Shown here: positions 47,245-57,848 of the stretch, piece by piece
Position numbering within the stretch: position 1 is the stretch's first letter
Layout: each line of letters opens with the position of its first letter
Source of the DNA: a virus
Virus record (IMG/VR): IMGVR_UViG_2843255297_000002
Coordinates: 2,560-66,559 of that record
Length of the DNA stretch: 64,000 bases
Strand: one strand, 5' to 3'
Program-made: the position numbers and the translations under genes
The notes under the pieces: generated by a model
What the model was told of the DNA's origin: nothing
Databases searched by the model: none
What the model saw: the letters and a program-made list of their open reading frames with translations, nothing else

Positions 47245-47364
47245 GACGAGGAGGTCTCTCCCCCCCCTCTCGAGAGTTCACCTTGAGGAAGGATTGCTTG
47301 CTTTTCTCTACTCCTCAAGGTAGCTCCGAGAGTGAAAAGCTCAAAGAGGAGCGTGACGAAGGGT

Positions 47365-48720
47365 ATGACCCAAAGAACACTTTCAAAGGAATTAATACAC
47401 CGAGCTGGCTCAGAAAGAGCTTTGCTGAGTATTTGTTTAAATAAGCCAGAGGAGCTCATTGTTGCGAGCTCCAACGGCTTGCTCCCAGACATGTTTGCGG
47501 TTGACGGTCACAAGTACATTTACATGGCTATGAACTACCTTTATTCCAAGGGAGAACAACTCGACCCTATCTCTATTTTGAACGTCTACACAGATGACCG
47601 AGCCAAGCAAGCCATTGAGGAGCTTGGTGGAGTTGACTATATTGAAGCTCTCAAATCAACTCCAGTAGCAAATAATACAAAGCTCTTTGTAGAGCACATT
47701 ATTCAAGCGTCAGCTCGCAGAGAGGTATATGAAACAGCCCTCAAGGTTGCTGACGAGGCGATAAAAGCCAAGGATAAAGACCTTGGCGAGTACCTCATGG
47801 GGGTTGAGTCGAAGTTTCGCAATATTTCTCTTGAGTACCAAGTCTCTCAAGAGGTCGTCCCTATTGGAGAAGGAGTTGCAGAGCGTCTCAAACAAAGATT
47901 ACTCAACCCTCAAGAGGTTATCGGTCTCAAAACTGGCTGGAGAACGTTTGATAAACTCACTCAAGGGTTGAAAGCTGGGGAGCTTACTATTGTGGGGGCT
48001 CGCTCCAAGACAGGAAAGTCTGTCACCCTCCTCAATTGGTCTCGCAAAATATCGGTTGAGGATAAAGTGCCAGCTCTCTACATTGACACTGAAATGTTTA
48101 CCGAGGAGCAACAAGACCGCTTGCTTGCTATGTTGAGCAGAGTCCCAGAGGTTGAGATTAAAAATGGCATGTTTGGAAAGGACACGATAAACGGAAAAGC
48201 TCGAGACAAGATTGCTCGATTGCAAGAAGCGAGTCGAATGCTCAAAGAAGCTCCTTTTTACCATGTTTACCTTCCTCATTTTACCCCAGAAAAGATTGTT
48301 GCTCTAGCGAGAAAATACCAAGTTGAGTATGGCATTGGCTTGTTAGTGTTTGACTACATTAAGCTCCCTAGCTCTGGGGGTCATGTTGGTGAGAAAGAAT
48401 ACCAAGCTCTCGGATACCTCACAAGTACTCTCAAGGATATTGCAGGAACTCTCCAGATTCCAGTTGTTTCAGCGGTACAACTTAACCGAGGAGCTGTCAA
48501 GGCTGAGGAGATTGACGAAAGTATGGTTGCTGGCTCAGACCGCATTCTCCAACTTGCAAACCGAGTATGCTTCCTCCGTTGGAAAACTGAGGAGGAACGA
48601 GCTCTCTCAGCAGGAAACCAACTCTTTAAAATAGCTTTCCAGCGTGGAGGAGCTTCAAACCTCGATGAAATAGATATTGACTTTAAAACGGAAATTCTCT
48701 TGCAGGAGGAAGTCTCATGA
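47365..48720 (+). CDS. dnaB: Replicative DNA helicase
   Basis: GARSKTGKS Walker A, IDTEM, VFDYI, VQLNR, GSD.I.Q.A. Confidence 0.92.
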   Translation: MTQRTLSKELIHRAGSERALLSICLNKPEELIVASSNGLLPDMFAVDGHKYIYMAMNYLYSKGEQLDPISILNVYTDDRAKQAIEELGGVDYIEALKSTPVANNTKLFVEHIIQASARREVYETALKVADEAIKAKDKDLGEYLMGVESKFRNISLEYQVSQEVVPIGEGVAERLKQRLLNPQEVIGLKTGWRTFDKLTQGLKAGELTIVGARSKTGKSVTLLNWSRKISVEDKVPALYIDTEMFTEEQQDRLLAMLSRVPEVEIKNGMFGKDTINGKARDKIARLQEASRMLKEAPFYHVYLPHFTPEKIVALARKYQVEYGIGLLVFDYIKLPSSGGHVGEKEYQALGYLTSTLKDIAGTLQIPVVSAVQLNRGAVKAEEIDESMVAGSDRILQLANRVCFLRWKTEEERALSAGNQLFKIAFQRGGASNLDEIDIDFKTEILLQEEVS

Positions 48721-49073
48721 AAGAACGTGTAGAACAAATTATAAAGTTAATGAGATTTCAAAAGGAGGTTGGAGAAGATAGTCCTTATTATGACTTTTAC
48801 GAGTTGAGTTATGATGATGGAGATTGTTTGATTGACTATATAAAACAACTCGAGAAAGAAAACAAAGAACTCCGCAAACAACTCTCCGAATTATGCCCTA
48901 TTGCTGACTTACCTGTTATTGATTCTCTCCTAGTCGAGAAAGAACACATGAAAGAGTATATTAAAAACCTCGAAACAGCCATTCGAGATTCACTTGCTCG
49001 CATGGAACAAGGTGGAGCTGGTACAAGGTCTTTTGTGTGGAATAGATTGAGTGAAGCATTGGAGGGGTGGTGA
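48717..49073 (+). CDS. Hypothetical protein
   Basis: Overlaps both neighbours; GGAGG SD. Confidence 0.65.
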   Translation: MKERVEQIIKLMRFQKEVGEDSPYYDFYELSYDDGDCLIDYIKQLEKENKELRKQLSELCPIADLPVIDSLLVEKEHMKEYIKNLETAIRDSLARMEQGGAGTRSFVWNRLSEALEGW

Positions 49074-50095
49074 AAGTGAATAAGCGCAAACCTCTTGAGC
49101 GTATTCGTGACGCAGTTGACGTGAGAAAACTCCTCGAGGTGTATGGGGCTCAGCGAATACATGGGAGTGGAAATATTCGCTCCACTTGCCCTATACACCG
49201 AGGAGATAACCCCACAGCATTCGCCTTTAATGAACACACCAAGCTCTATTATTGCCACACTCAGTGTCAAGATGGCGGAGACGTTTTTGACTTTGTTATG
49301 AAAATTGAGGATTGCTCCTTTTTGGAAGCCGCAAAAAAGCTCGCTGAAATGTTTAACATCTCCGTTGACTGGGAGAACGAGGAAATTGATGAGGACTATT
49401 TCCGAGAAGAAGCTCGCAAGTTTATTGAGCAAATGAGAAAGCGCAACAAACAAACGAAGCTCCCTCCTTTCAAGTTCAAGGCAAAGATGGCGAAAATTAA
49501 GGAGTATAGAGGCTTCTCTCCAGAGGCTATTGAACACTGGAAGCTCCGAGTCTGTCTTGAGGGAGAGCTTGCCAACAGAGTTGTCATGCCAATAGAGGAC
49601 ATTGATAAGCGACTCGTTGGAGTCACTGGGCGGAGACTCAAAAATGATATGCCAAACAAATGGATGCACCGTCCAAGAAACTTACACACTGGCTGGGTAC
49701 TCACTGGGTTAGGTCGCAACCTCGAGGAGGTGAGAGCCAAAAATGAGGTTATAGTCGTTGAGGGGATTTTCGATTGTGTCCGAGTTTGGGATTGTGGTCT
49801 CAAGCATGTTTGCACCCCTATTGGAACCTTCTTCACAGAAGAACACGAGCAAGAACTCTATAAGGCTGGAGTAACTCAACTCGTAATTGGACTTGATAAT
49901 GACCCAGCAGGAAGAAATGGAACAAGAAAAATGATTGAGCGACTCAAATACAAGTTTGATATTACAGTGTTAAATCTCCCCGAGGGGAAAGACCCTTGCG
50001 ACTGTACTTGCGAGGAGCTCCTCGAGGTTTACAATACAAGGCTACTCGTTCATGAGTGGTATGAGAAATATGGCAAAGAAAAAGAAAGATTATAG
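49067..50095 (+). CDS. dnaG: DNA primase (CHC2 zinc finger + TOPRIM)
   Basis: CPIH..YCHTQC..GDVFDF; VVEGIFD; LDNDPAG; KDP. Confidence 0.92.
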   Translation: MVKVNKRKPLERIRDAVDVRKLLEVYGAQRIHGSGNIRSTCPIHRGDNPTAFAFNEHTKLYYCHTQCQDGGDVFDFVMKIEDCSFLEAAKKLAEMFNISVDWENEEIDEDYFREEARKFIEQMRKRNKQTKLPPFKFKAKMAKIKEYRGFSPEAIEHWKLRVCLEGELANRVVMPIEDIDKRLVGVTGRRLKNDMPNKWMHRPRNLHTGWVLTGLGRNLEEVRAKNEVIVVEGIFDCVRVWDCGLKHVCTPIGTFFTEEHEQELYKAGVTQLVIGLDNDPAGRNGTRKMIERLKYKFDITVLNLPEGKDPCDCTCEELLEVYNTRLLVHEWYEKYGKEKERL

Positions 50096-50109
50096 GAGGT
50101 AGATGTTAC

Positions 50110-52671
50110 ATGATGGAAGTAACTCGTGAGAACCTACAAAAACCACTAAGCGAGGAGGACAGCTTCTCACTTAAAATTATTGCTGACCGTTACCTCTTGA
50201 AAGACACAGAAAAGACTCCTACTCGTGATGACGTGGCAGTTGTTGAGCTCCAAGTGATTGACGAAAATGGAGCACCTCAACGAGACGAAAATGGAAATAT
50301 TAAGACAGTCAAAGAGATTGCTATTGTCGATGATTACGACCCAGAGACGGAAAAAGTCACTGTCACACTATTCACAGGTGGAGACGACCGAGGGAAACAA
50401 TTCACTATTGACCGCCGAGCTGTTGACATATTGCTCGAAAAGAGCGTCAAAGACCTCAAGAAGCGACTTGCAAAAGCCCTCTCTGGTGGCGACAAACAAC
50501 TCGAGAAAGACATTTACGAGCTCGCCATGGAGCAAATTCTTTTTGGTGGTCGCATTCTTGCTGGAGCTGGAACTGACGAGGAGCTAACATATTTCAACTG
50601 TTATGTTGTCCCTCTAATTCATGACTCTCGTGGTGGAATTGCAAAACACAGAGAGATTGTTATGGAGATTATGAGCCGAGGTGGTGGAGTCGGTACAAAT
50701 GGCTCGACTCTAAGACCAGCGAAAACAAAAGTCCACAAAGTACGAGGTCGGAGCTCTGGAGCTGTCTCGTGGTTGCATGACTTGAGCCAGTTGACTCACC
50801 TAGTTTCACAAGGGGGCTCTCGCAGGGGAGCGCAGATGATAATGCTTGCTGACTGGCACCCAGACGTAATTGAATTTATTACAGCCAAAGTTCAAAAACC
50901 TCTCGAGTGTGAGATTGAGATAGACGGCGAGAAGCAACTCATTAAGTTTGGTGAATATGGCAACCAACAACTCACAGGAGCAAACATTTCTGTCCTCATT
51001 AGTGACAAATTCATGCAAGCCGTCAAGAACGATGAAGAATGGGAGCTTGTATTCCCAGACGTTGCAAACTACACTCCAGAGCAAATGAAAGTATATGACG
51101 AAAAGTGGCACTTGATTGGAGACCCTTGGAAGTTTCACGAACAAACAGGATTACCTCTCAGAGTACACGCTCGAGTTAGAGCAAAAGACCTTATGAAGCT
51201 CATTTCTCTCTGTCAGCGTGAGAGCGCTGAACCGGGGGTGGTATTTATTGACAGATACAATTACATGTCTAACTCGTGGTATTACAACCCAATTATTGCA
51301 ACCAACCCTTGTGGTGAGCAAGGTTTGCCTCCTTGGGGTGTTTGCAACCTCGGACATGTCAACCTTGCAAAACACGTCAAATGGAACGAGAAGGAAAAAC
51401 GCTTTGAAGCTGACCTCAAAGCGATTGAGCGCACAGTGAGAGTTTTAACTCGTGCTCTTGATAATGTCATTGATGCTACTCCTTACTTCTTTAAAGAAAA
51501 CGAGATAAACCAAAAACGTGAGAGACGCATTGGTCTTGGAACAATGGGAATTGACGAACTCCTCAAGCTCGAAGGGCTAGATTATGGAACTGAGGAAGGA
51601 CGCAAACGAGCTGAGGAGATATTTGAGCTTATTACTGTCACAGCATATAAAACTTCTATTGAGCTCGCCAAAGAAAAAGGAGCTTTCCCAGCTTTCAACG
51701 CTGAGAAATATTTACAGTCTGGATTCATGAAGTTTATGGCTGAAAAGCACCCAGAGGTCATTGAAGGTATTAAAAAATATGGTATTCGCAACGTTACACT
51801 CGTAACGCAGGCTCCAACTGGCACGACTGGGACGCTTGCTCAGACTTCCACTGGAATTGAACCTTTCTTTGCGAGAGAGTTTTGGCGCAACTCTCGTATT
51901 GGCTTAACAGTCCAAAAAGCTCCAGTCATTAAACGCCTCGAGGAGAAAGGCTTAGACACTTCTAACCTCAAATTCGCTCAAGACTACACTCCAAAGCAAC
52001 ACCTTGATTTTCAAGCAGTTGCTCAGCGCTGGTGTGATTCCTCGATTAGCAAAACAATTAATGCTCCTCGTGAGACGACCGTCGAAGATGTTTCAGACCT
52101 AATTGAGTATGCTTATGACATTGGCTTGAAAGGCTTCACTGTTTATGTAGACGGCTCTCGTGACCAACAAGTGCTCGGAACAGATAAAACAAATGAAACC
52201 AAAGAAGAACACAAAGAGTTTGAGCGTGATAGCGTCCTAGAAGGTCGCACTCATAGAATTGAGACCTCATATGGTCGCTTGTATGTAACCTTCAACCGAG
52301 ACAAAGAAGGCAAACTCCGAGAAGTATTCTTCAACATTGGCAAGGCTGGCTCTGACACGCTGGCAACTCTTGAGGGATATGGTCGCTTACTCTCTCTCAT
52401 GTTGCAACATAGCGACATTACTGAGGAGCAAATAATTAAACAGCTCCGAGGCATTGTTGGCTCTAACCCTTATGGCTTTGGGGCAAACCGAGTAAGCTCT
52501 ATTCCAGACGCTATTGCCCTCGCCTTCCAGCGTGAGCTCGAAATGCACAAACCTCAAGAAGCGCAAGAAGTCAAAGTCCAAGGTAAAGACCTTTGTGTTT
52601 GTGGAGCTCCAATGGTCTGGGAGGAAGGTTGCTACAAGTGCTATGCTTGCGGTTATTCTAAATGCAACTAA
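50110..52671 (+). CDS. nrdJ: Ribonucleotide reductase class II (B12-dependent) with C-terminal TSCPD-like domain and Zn ribbon
   Basis: FNCYV, GGGVG, RRGA, TNPCGEQ, CNLG, APTGT; no beta-subunit gene; terminator at 52674-52708. Confidence 0.88.
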   Translation: MMEVTRENLQKPLSEEDSFSLKIIADRYLLKDTEKTPTRDDVAVVELQVIDENGAPQRDENGNIKTVKEIAIVDDYDPETEKVTVTLFTGGDDRGKQFTIDRRAVDILLEKSVKDLKKRLAKALSGGDKQLEKDIYELAMEQILFGGRILAGAGTDEELTYFNCYVVPLIHDSRGGIAKHREIVMEIMSRGGGVGTNGSTLRPAKTKVHKVRGRSSGAVSWLHDLSQLTHLVSQGGSRRGAQMIMLADWHPDVIEFITAKVQKPLECEIEIDGEKQLIKFGEYGNQQLTGANISVLISDKFMQAVKNDEEWELVFPDVANYTPEQMKVYDEKWHLIGDPWKFHEQTGLPLRVHARVRAKDLMKLISLCQRESAEPGVVFIDRYNYMSNSWYYNPIIATNPCGEQGLPPWGVCNLGHVNLAKHVKWNEKEKRFEADLKAIERTVRVLTRALDNVIDATPYFFKENEINQKRERRIGLGTMGIDELLKLEGLDYGTEEGRKRAEEIFELITVTAYKTSIELAKEKGAFPAFNAEKYLQSGFMKFMAEKHPEVIEGIKKYGIRNVTLVTQAPTGTTGTLAQTSTGIEPFFAREFWRNSRIGLTVQKAPVIKRLEEKGLDTSNLKFAQDYTPKQHLDFQAVAQRWCDSSISKTINAPRETTVEDVSDLIEYAYDIGLKGFTVYVDGSRDQQVLGTDKTNETKEEHKEFERDSVLEGRTHRIETSYGRLYVTFNRDKEGKLREVFFNIGKAGSDTLATLEGYGRLLSLMLQHSDITEEQIIKQLRGIVGSNPYGFGANRVSSIPDAIALAFQRELEMHKPQEAQEVKVQGKDLCVCGAPMVWEEGCYKCYACGYSKCN

Positions 52672-52718
52672 ATAAGGGGAGTTATTGAGCTCCCCTTTAA
52701 TTTTTTTATAAAAACCTA

Positions 52719-52766
52719 TTGACAATACTTTTAGCAAGTGTTATTATGGTATTACCAAGGTATTAA
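52719..52766 (+). promoter_or_regulatory. SigA-type promoter with downstream operator
   Basis: TTGACA-17bp-TATTAT followed by GTATTACCAAGGTATTAA. Confidence 0.7.
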
Positions 52767-52792
52767 AAAACTAATGAAAAGGGGTTGATTTC

Positions 52793-53131
52793 ATGAGCTT
52801 GCAAGCTGTCAAAATGGAAGTTTCTCAACACATTGAGGAAATGACTATGAAAGGTCTCCCTCGAGACGAGATTCGCCAACGTGTCGCTATTGGAGTAGCC
52901 AACTCGCTTGAAAAGTCATTCGATATGGTTAGACCTTTAATGGACACTGTTTTTGACCTCATTCAATATGTCAAACTAGCTCAAAACGTTATTGAAGCAG
53001 TCAATGAGGTCTTACTCGTCAGAGATTACTTCCCTATTACCATTCACGAGTTAAACAACCAAGTTGTTGTTGCTCTGGAAGATTACTTTGAGCAAGACAT
53101 TGAGGACATTATAGAAGTGTTTGGCTCTTAA
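52793..53131 (+). CDS. Hypothetical protein
   Basis: AAGGGG SD and ATG. Confidence 0.7.
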   Translation: MSLQAVKMEVSQHIEEMTMKGLPRDEIRQRVAIGVANSLEKSFDMVRPLMDTVFDLIQYVKLAQNVIEAVNEVLLVRDYFPITIHELNNQVVVALEDYFEQDIEDIIEVFGS

Positions 53132-53220
53132 TTATACCCATAGTTATTACTGGGGTCATACTGAGACCCCACCTCCCCATTTTTCCTCTCTAAACAACCC
53201 TAAGAAAGGAGACTGATACC

Positions 53221-53529
53221 ATGAGCAAGCACAACGTTGTTATTTCTCCAGAGGAGTTTGCAAAACGACTCAGCGAGGCTGACGTTTTCAGTTTCTCCTA
53301 TAAAAACCCTTTTGTGTTAGCTTGTTTGTACTATGTGGAAGGTATGTCAACGGTTGAAATGGCTGAGTTGCTTGGTTGCGAGCAACGCACAATTAGACGG
53401 TATATGAACTATTACGGTCTCAAGCGATTTACTAAAGATTACGCATTTCTCGTGAAGCAATACGGTATTAAAGGAGCCCTCTCCATGAGAAAGCCTACCT
53501 TCTACCCTCTTGGCAGACACAACGACTGA
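53221..53529 (+). CDS. HTH DNA-binding protein
   Basis: LYYVEGMSTVEMAELLGCEQRTIRRYM. Confidence 0.75.
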   Translation: MSKHNVVISPEEFAKRLSEADVFSFSYKNPFVLACLYYVEGMSTVEMAELLGCEQRTIRRYMNYYGLKRFTKDYAFLVKQYGIKGALSMRKPTFYPLGRHND

Positions 53530-53546
53530 GAAAGGAGCTGGTAAGG

Positions 53547-56500
53547 TTGGCTATAAAAATTGACTTCAACCACATTCATAACCACTCATGTTTCTCCAAA
53601 CGAGACGCTCACTCTCGCATTGACCTTATGGTGAAACGAGCCAAGGAGAACGGACAGCGAGCAATAGCCCTCACTGACCATGGTGTCCTCCATGGTATTC
53701 CAGAACTTTTCCGAGAAGCCAAGAAGCATGGAATTAAGCCAATAGCTGGTATGGAGGGCTACCTCGCTCCAGAAGGTCGCCAAAAGCCCTCCAAACACTA
53801 CCACCAGATTATTATAGCAAAGAACGAGCAAGGCTGGAAAAACCTCATGAAGCTCTCCTCCGAGGCTTTTATGACTGGATTTTACAACAAGCCACGTATT
53901 GACATGGAGCTCCTAATGAAACACAAACAAGGCTTAATTCTTACGAGCTCGTGTCTTGCTGGCTGGATTCCTCAACTCATTCTCCAAGGAGAGCTCCGAG
54001 AAGCCAGACGAGTTGCAGAACAATTCCAAGCCATTTTCGGAGAGGACTTCTACCTTGAGATACAGCCAAACACTATACCAGCTCAAGAGATTGTCAACAA
54101 AGAGCTCATTAAAATGAACAAGGAGCTTGGCATTGAGTTAGTTGCGACATGTGACGCTCACTATGTTGACAAGTCGGACGCTAAAACTCACCAAGCCATG
54201 CTCTGTCTGGGACGTGGCAAGAAAATGCTCACAGAGGACACTCCAAAGTATGACGGAGAGCCAACATACTACTTACAGCATGGCAAAGAGGTCTACATTA
54301 ACCTCAAAAAACAAGGCATTGAACCAGAGATTATTATTCAAGCCATGAACAATACTGGCAAGATTGTAGACAAAGTGAACTTTGAACTCAAGAAAGAGAG
54401 AGACCTTCTCCCAGAGTTTCCTCTCCCAGAGGGAACAGACAAAGACAAACTCCTTGGCGAGCTAGTCAAAGAAGGTCTCAAGCGCAAAGTCAAGCCAGTA
54501 ACAAAGCAATACGTTGAGCGCTTACAGTACGAGCTCAAGGTCATTCGTGAGAAAGGATACCAAGACTATTTCCTCATTGTCTCGGACGCTATAAAATTCG
54601 CCAAGAGTCGAGGCATTGAGGTTGGAAAAGGTCGAGGCTCTGGAGCTGGCTCGCTAGTGGCATACCTCCTAGATATTACCGAGGTTGACCCTATTAAACA
54701 TGGCTTATTCTTTGAGCGCTTCCTTGACGTGACTCGTCAGAAAATGCCAGACATAGACACTGATATTGAGGATACAAGACGCTATGAGGTGATTGACTAC
54801 CTCAAGCAGAAATATGGCAAGGAACAAGTCGCTCAGATTGTCAACTATGGACGAATGACCGCAAAACAAGCATTCAAAAACGCTCTCATGGTCTATGATG
54901 TACCTTTCGCTAAAGCTCAAGAGATTACAAATATGATTGACGACAACGCCAAGACCATTGAGGAAGCATACCAGCTCAACCCTCAACTCAAAGCGCTGAA
55001 AAACAAGAAAGTTAAGCGCAACGATGGAAAAATGGTTGAGTTAAAAGAAGTCTTTGAGGTCGCTGAAAAGTTTGAGTTTGTCGTTGATAAACTAGGTAAA
55101 CACGCTGGAGGAGTTTTGATAACTCCAACGGATATAACAGATTATTTCCCTATTTTCGGTACAGACGACGAGCGAGTTGTCCAGTGGGATAAAGACGATA
55201 TTGAGCAACTCGGAGGGGTAAAATTCGACTTCCTTGGCTTAAAAACACTCACCATGGTTGGCTTGGCAGTCAAGTCTATTGAGCGTGAGCATGGAATTAA
55301 GATTGACACTAACGAGATAGTCCGCAACCCTAATGACCCAAAAGTGTATGAACTCATAGCGAGTGGTAAAACACAAAACCTTTTCCAGCTCAACTCAAGT
55401 GGTATGCAACAACTCTGTAAAGCTGTCAAGCCTACAAAGTTTGAGCACATTGTGGCGATAAACGCTCTCTATCGTCCGCCAGCCCTAGCAAGTGGTGATA
55501 CTTGGAGATATGCTCGCATTAAGAATGGCGAGGAGGAAGAATACTACTCCCACCCAGAGGAGAAAGCCATTACTGGCGAAACTTATGGGATTATTACCTA
55601 CCAAGAGCATGTTATGCAGTTAGTTCACCACTTTGCTGGTTGGGATTATGGCTATGGAGATAAACTCCGCAAAATGACTTCAGAGCAACTCGAGGAGTTG
55701 CGCCCTAAGTTTCTCGCTGACTCCAAAGCTCGTGGATACGACGAAAAGAGCATGAATGAAATATGGGATAGAATTGTCCGTTATATGGGTTATGGCTTTA
55801 ACAAGAGCCATGGAGTTGCTTACTCAATGCTTACCTACCTCACTGGCTGGCTTGAGGTACACTACCCAGAACACTGGATGGCGGCTATTATGAGCGTGAA
55901 AATGGGAGAGCAAGAGAAGGTCGCTCAGATTTTTGGAGAGATTAAGCAAGCTGGCTTTGAGGTACAGCCTCCAGACGTGAATAAGTCTGAGAAACTATTT
56001 ACAGCTCATGGAGGAAAAATTGTCTTTCCTCTTGGAACAATTAACGGAGTTGGAGACAAAGCAGTTGAGGAACTTTTGAGCAAACGACCTTTCAACTCCC
56101 TCGAGGAAGTCATGGAAAAGTGTGATTTGAGGGTTGTCAGCAAACGAGCTATGAAACCGCTCATTTTCGCTGGAGCGTTTGACAGCCTTTACCCAGAGCT
56201 CACTCGCAAGGACATTTATGTCAAATACCTCGAGCTCAAGGGAGAGAAAAAGTCAGAGATTGAGAAAGCCAAACAAATGGAATGGAATGACACTGTAAAG
56301 GCTGAACTCGAGAAGGAGCTCATTGGAGTTTACCTCACCTCTCACCCTCTCGAGAAGTTTAACTTCCGCAAATGGGAGGAATGGTCAGACGGAGCTAAAA
56401 ACGTCCTCATTGGAGGAAAAGTCACGAAGGTCAAAACCTTCCTCGACAAGAACAAAAACCGCATGGCATTCCTCTCAGTGGAAACTCTGGAGGGTATTCG

Positions 56501-56633
56501 TGAGGTGGTCGTATTCGCCAGCACCTTCAAGAAGCACCAAGACCTTTGCAAGGAAGGCTTGTTTGTGATGATTGAAGGGCGAAAAGATGGCGATAAGCTA
56601 CTCGCAAACAAACTCAAGGAGTTGATTGTATGA
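53547..56633 (+). CDS. dnaE: DNA polymerase III alpha subunit (family C)
   Basis: PHP HNHS..TDHG, GRGSGAGS, MPDIDTD, KFDFLGL, YGFNKSH, C-terminal OB fold. Confidence 0.96.
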   Translation: MAIKIDFNHIHNHSCFSKRDAHSRIDLMVKRAKENGQRAIALTDHGVLHGIPELFREAKKHGIKPIAGMEGYLAPEGRQKPSKHYHQIIIAKNEQGWKNLMKLSSEAFMTGFYNKPRIDMELLMKHKQGLILTSSCLAGWIPQLILQGELREARRVAEQFQAIFGEDFYLEIQPNTIPAQEIVNKELIKMNKELGIELVATCDAHYVDKSDAKTHQAMLCLGRGKKMLTEDTPKYDGEPTYYLQHGKEVYINLKKQGIEPEIIIQAMNNTGKIVDKVNFELKKERDLLPEFPLPEGTDKDKLLGELVKEGLKRKVKPVTKQYVERLQYELKVIREKGYQDYFLIVSDAIKFAKSRGIEVGKGRGSGAGSLVAYLLDITEVDPIKHGLFFERFLDVTRQKMPDIDTDIEDTRRYEVIDYLKQKYGKEQVAQIVNYGRMTAKQAFKNALMVYDVPFAKAQEITNMIDDNAKTIEEAYQLNPQLKALKNKKVKRNDGKMVELKEVFEVAEKFEFVVDKLGKHAGGVLITPTDITDYFPIFGTDDERVVQWDKDDIEQLGGVKFDFLGLKTLTMVGLAVKSIEREHGIKIDTNEIVRNPNDPKVYELIASGKTQNLFQLNSSGMQQLCKAVKPTKFEHIVAINALYRPPALASGDTWRYARIKNGEEEEYYSHPEEKAITGETYGIITYQEHVMQLVHHFAGWDYGYGDKLRKMTSEQLEELRPKFLADSKARGYDEKSMNEIWDRIVRYMGYGFNKSHGVAYSMLTYLTGWLEVHYPEHWMAAIMSVKMGEQEKVAQIFGEIKQAGFEVQPPDVNKSEKLFTAHGGKIVFPLGTINGVGDKAVEELLSKRPFNSLEEVMEKCDLRVVSKRAMKPLIFAGAFDSLYPELTRKDIYVKYLELKGEKKSEIEKAKQMEWNDTVKAELEKELIGVYLTSHPLEKFNFRKWEEWSDGAKNVLIGGKVTKVKTFLDKNKNRMAFLSVETLEGIREVVVFASTFKKHQDLCKEGLFVMIEGRKDGDKLLANKLKELIV

Positions 56634-57463
56634 AATACGCTTTACCATATATAAGCTACACTCAGATAAACACTTACCTCAAATGCCCCCATGAGTTTTG
56701 GCTTACTTACTACTCTGGGGATTTTACCCCTATCTCCAATAAATACACCGAGCTAGGCTCCCTCCTTCATGAGATTTTTGAGGAGCAAGGGCGGCAACTG
56801 ATAGCAGGGGAGCCAATGCCAGAGAAAGAAGCCATACGGATATTTAACAAGAAATACTTTCAAATAGACAAGAAGTATTTCAGCGACAAAGAGGACTGGC
56901 TGAAAATGTATAAAAAAGGAGCAGAAGCTATTAAAAACTACTTTGAAGTGTACCGCAACTCCCCTCCCCTCTTTGTAGAGCGCAAATTCTTTGGTGAGAT
57001 TGCTGAGGGTCTACCCCCTGCAAAGTCCTTCATTGACCGAATTGACGGAGACCCTAATGACCCCTCGAGCTGGATTATAACCGACTACAAAACTGGAGCC
57101 AGCACCAAGTCAAAGGAATACCTCAAAAACGATATTCAGCTTGGATTTTACGCCTCTCAAGTGTTTGCTGAGTTTGGTGTCTACCCAAAAGCCCTACAAT
57201 TTTTCCACCCAGTCCCTAACAAGTTTCAAACAGCCATACACATTGGAGACGGAGTTTATAGATTCACAAACCAACGTGAGCCAGTCGTTGAGTTTTCCGT
57301 CTCGGATACGATTATGACCATTCGTGAGGTTGTCAGAAAGATTATTGAGGAACAAGACTTTCACAAAGTCCCAGACCCTTACAAATGTAAACTATGCAGT
57401 CACTACCAGAGCGGAGCTTGCAAGCCTTTCGATAATTCTCAACTCGGCTGGTTTAATGTATGA
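56630..57463 (+). CDS. RecB/Cas4-like PD-(D/E)XK exonuclease with 4-Cys cluster
   Basis: SYTQ..YLKCP, GSLLH, FIDRID, DYKTG, QL.FY, CKLC..C. Confidence 0.88.
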   Translation: MKYALPYISYTQINTYLKCPHEFWLTYYSGDFTPISNKYTELGSLLHEIFEEQGRQLIAGEPMPEKEAIRIFNKKYFQIDKKYFSDKEDWLKMYKKGAEAIKNYFEVYRNSPPLFVERKFFGEIAEGLPPAKSFIDRIDGDPNDPSSWIITDYKTGASTKSKEYLKNDIQLGFYASQVFAEFGVYPKALQFFHPVPNKFQTAIHIGDGVYRFTNQREPVVEFSVSDTIMTIREVVRKIIEEQDFHKVPDPYKCKLCSHYQSGACKPFDNSQLGWFNV

Positions 57464-57488
57464 CCACAGTACAAGCGAGGTGATACCG

Positions 57489-57848
57489 TTGAGTAAAAAC
57501 AGGAACTACAAGCGAGGGAGAGAGCTTGAATACCGCATAAGAAAGGAACTGACGGACGCTGGCTTTTTTGGAGCTACTCGCTCGGCTGGCTCTCATGGGG
57601 TCTTTGACGTTGTGGCGGTTGCTCCTCTCTCTTATGTCCTTTTTATTCAAGCCAAACGAACCAAGGAGCGATTGAACCCAGAGACAGCTTACAAAGAGGA
57701 CTTAGAGAAATGCAGGGAACTCGCCAAGGTACTTCCCCGAGAGGCTCAGTTGGAGCTCTGGGTATGGACTGACCACAAAGGATGGACTGACAAGTTAGTG
57801 ATTAAACAAGCTGGAGAACTATACAGCGAAGGAGTTGACGCAAAATGA
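57489..57848 (+). CDS. Holliday junction resolvase (Hjc-like)
   Basis: YKRGRELE..RSAGS..DVVA..FIQAK; GAGGTGA SD before TTG. Confidence 0.8.
   Translation: MSKNRNYKRGRELEYRIRKELTDAGFFGATRSAGSHGVFDVVAVAPLSYVLFIQAKRTKERLNPETAYKEDLEKCRELAKVLPREAQLELWVWTDHKGWTDKLVIKQAGELYSEGVDAK

Noticed and set aside
50110..56633. Inteins or group I introns in nrdJ/dnaE
   Set aside because: ORFs are continuous and of normal size; no C..HN splice junctions or LAGLIDADG motifs seen
56630..57463. cas4 as part of a CRISPR system
   Set aside because: Stand-alone RecB/Cas4-like nuclease in a phage replication operon; no array or other cas genes
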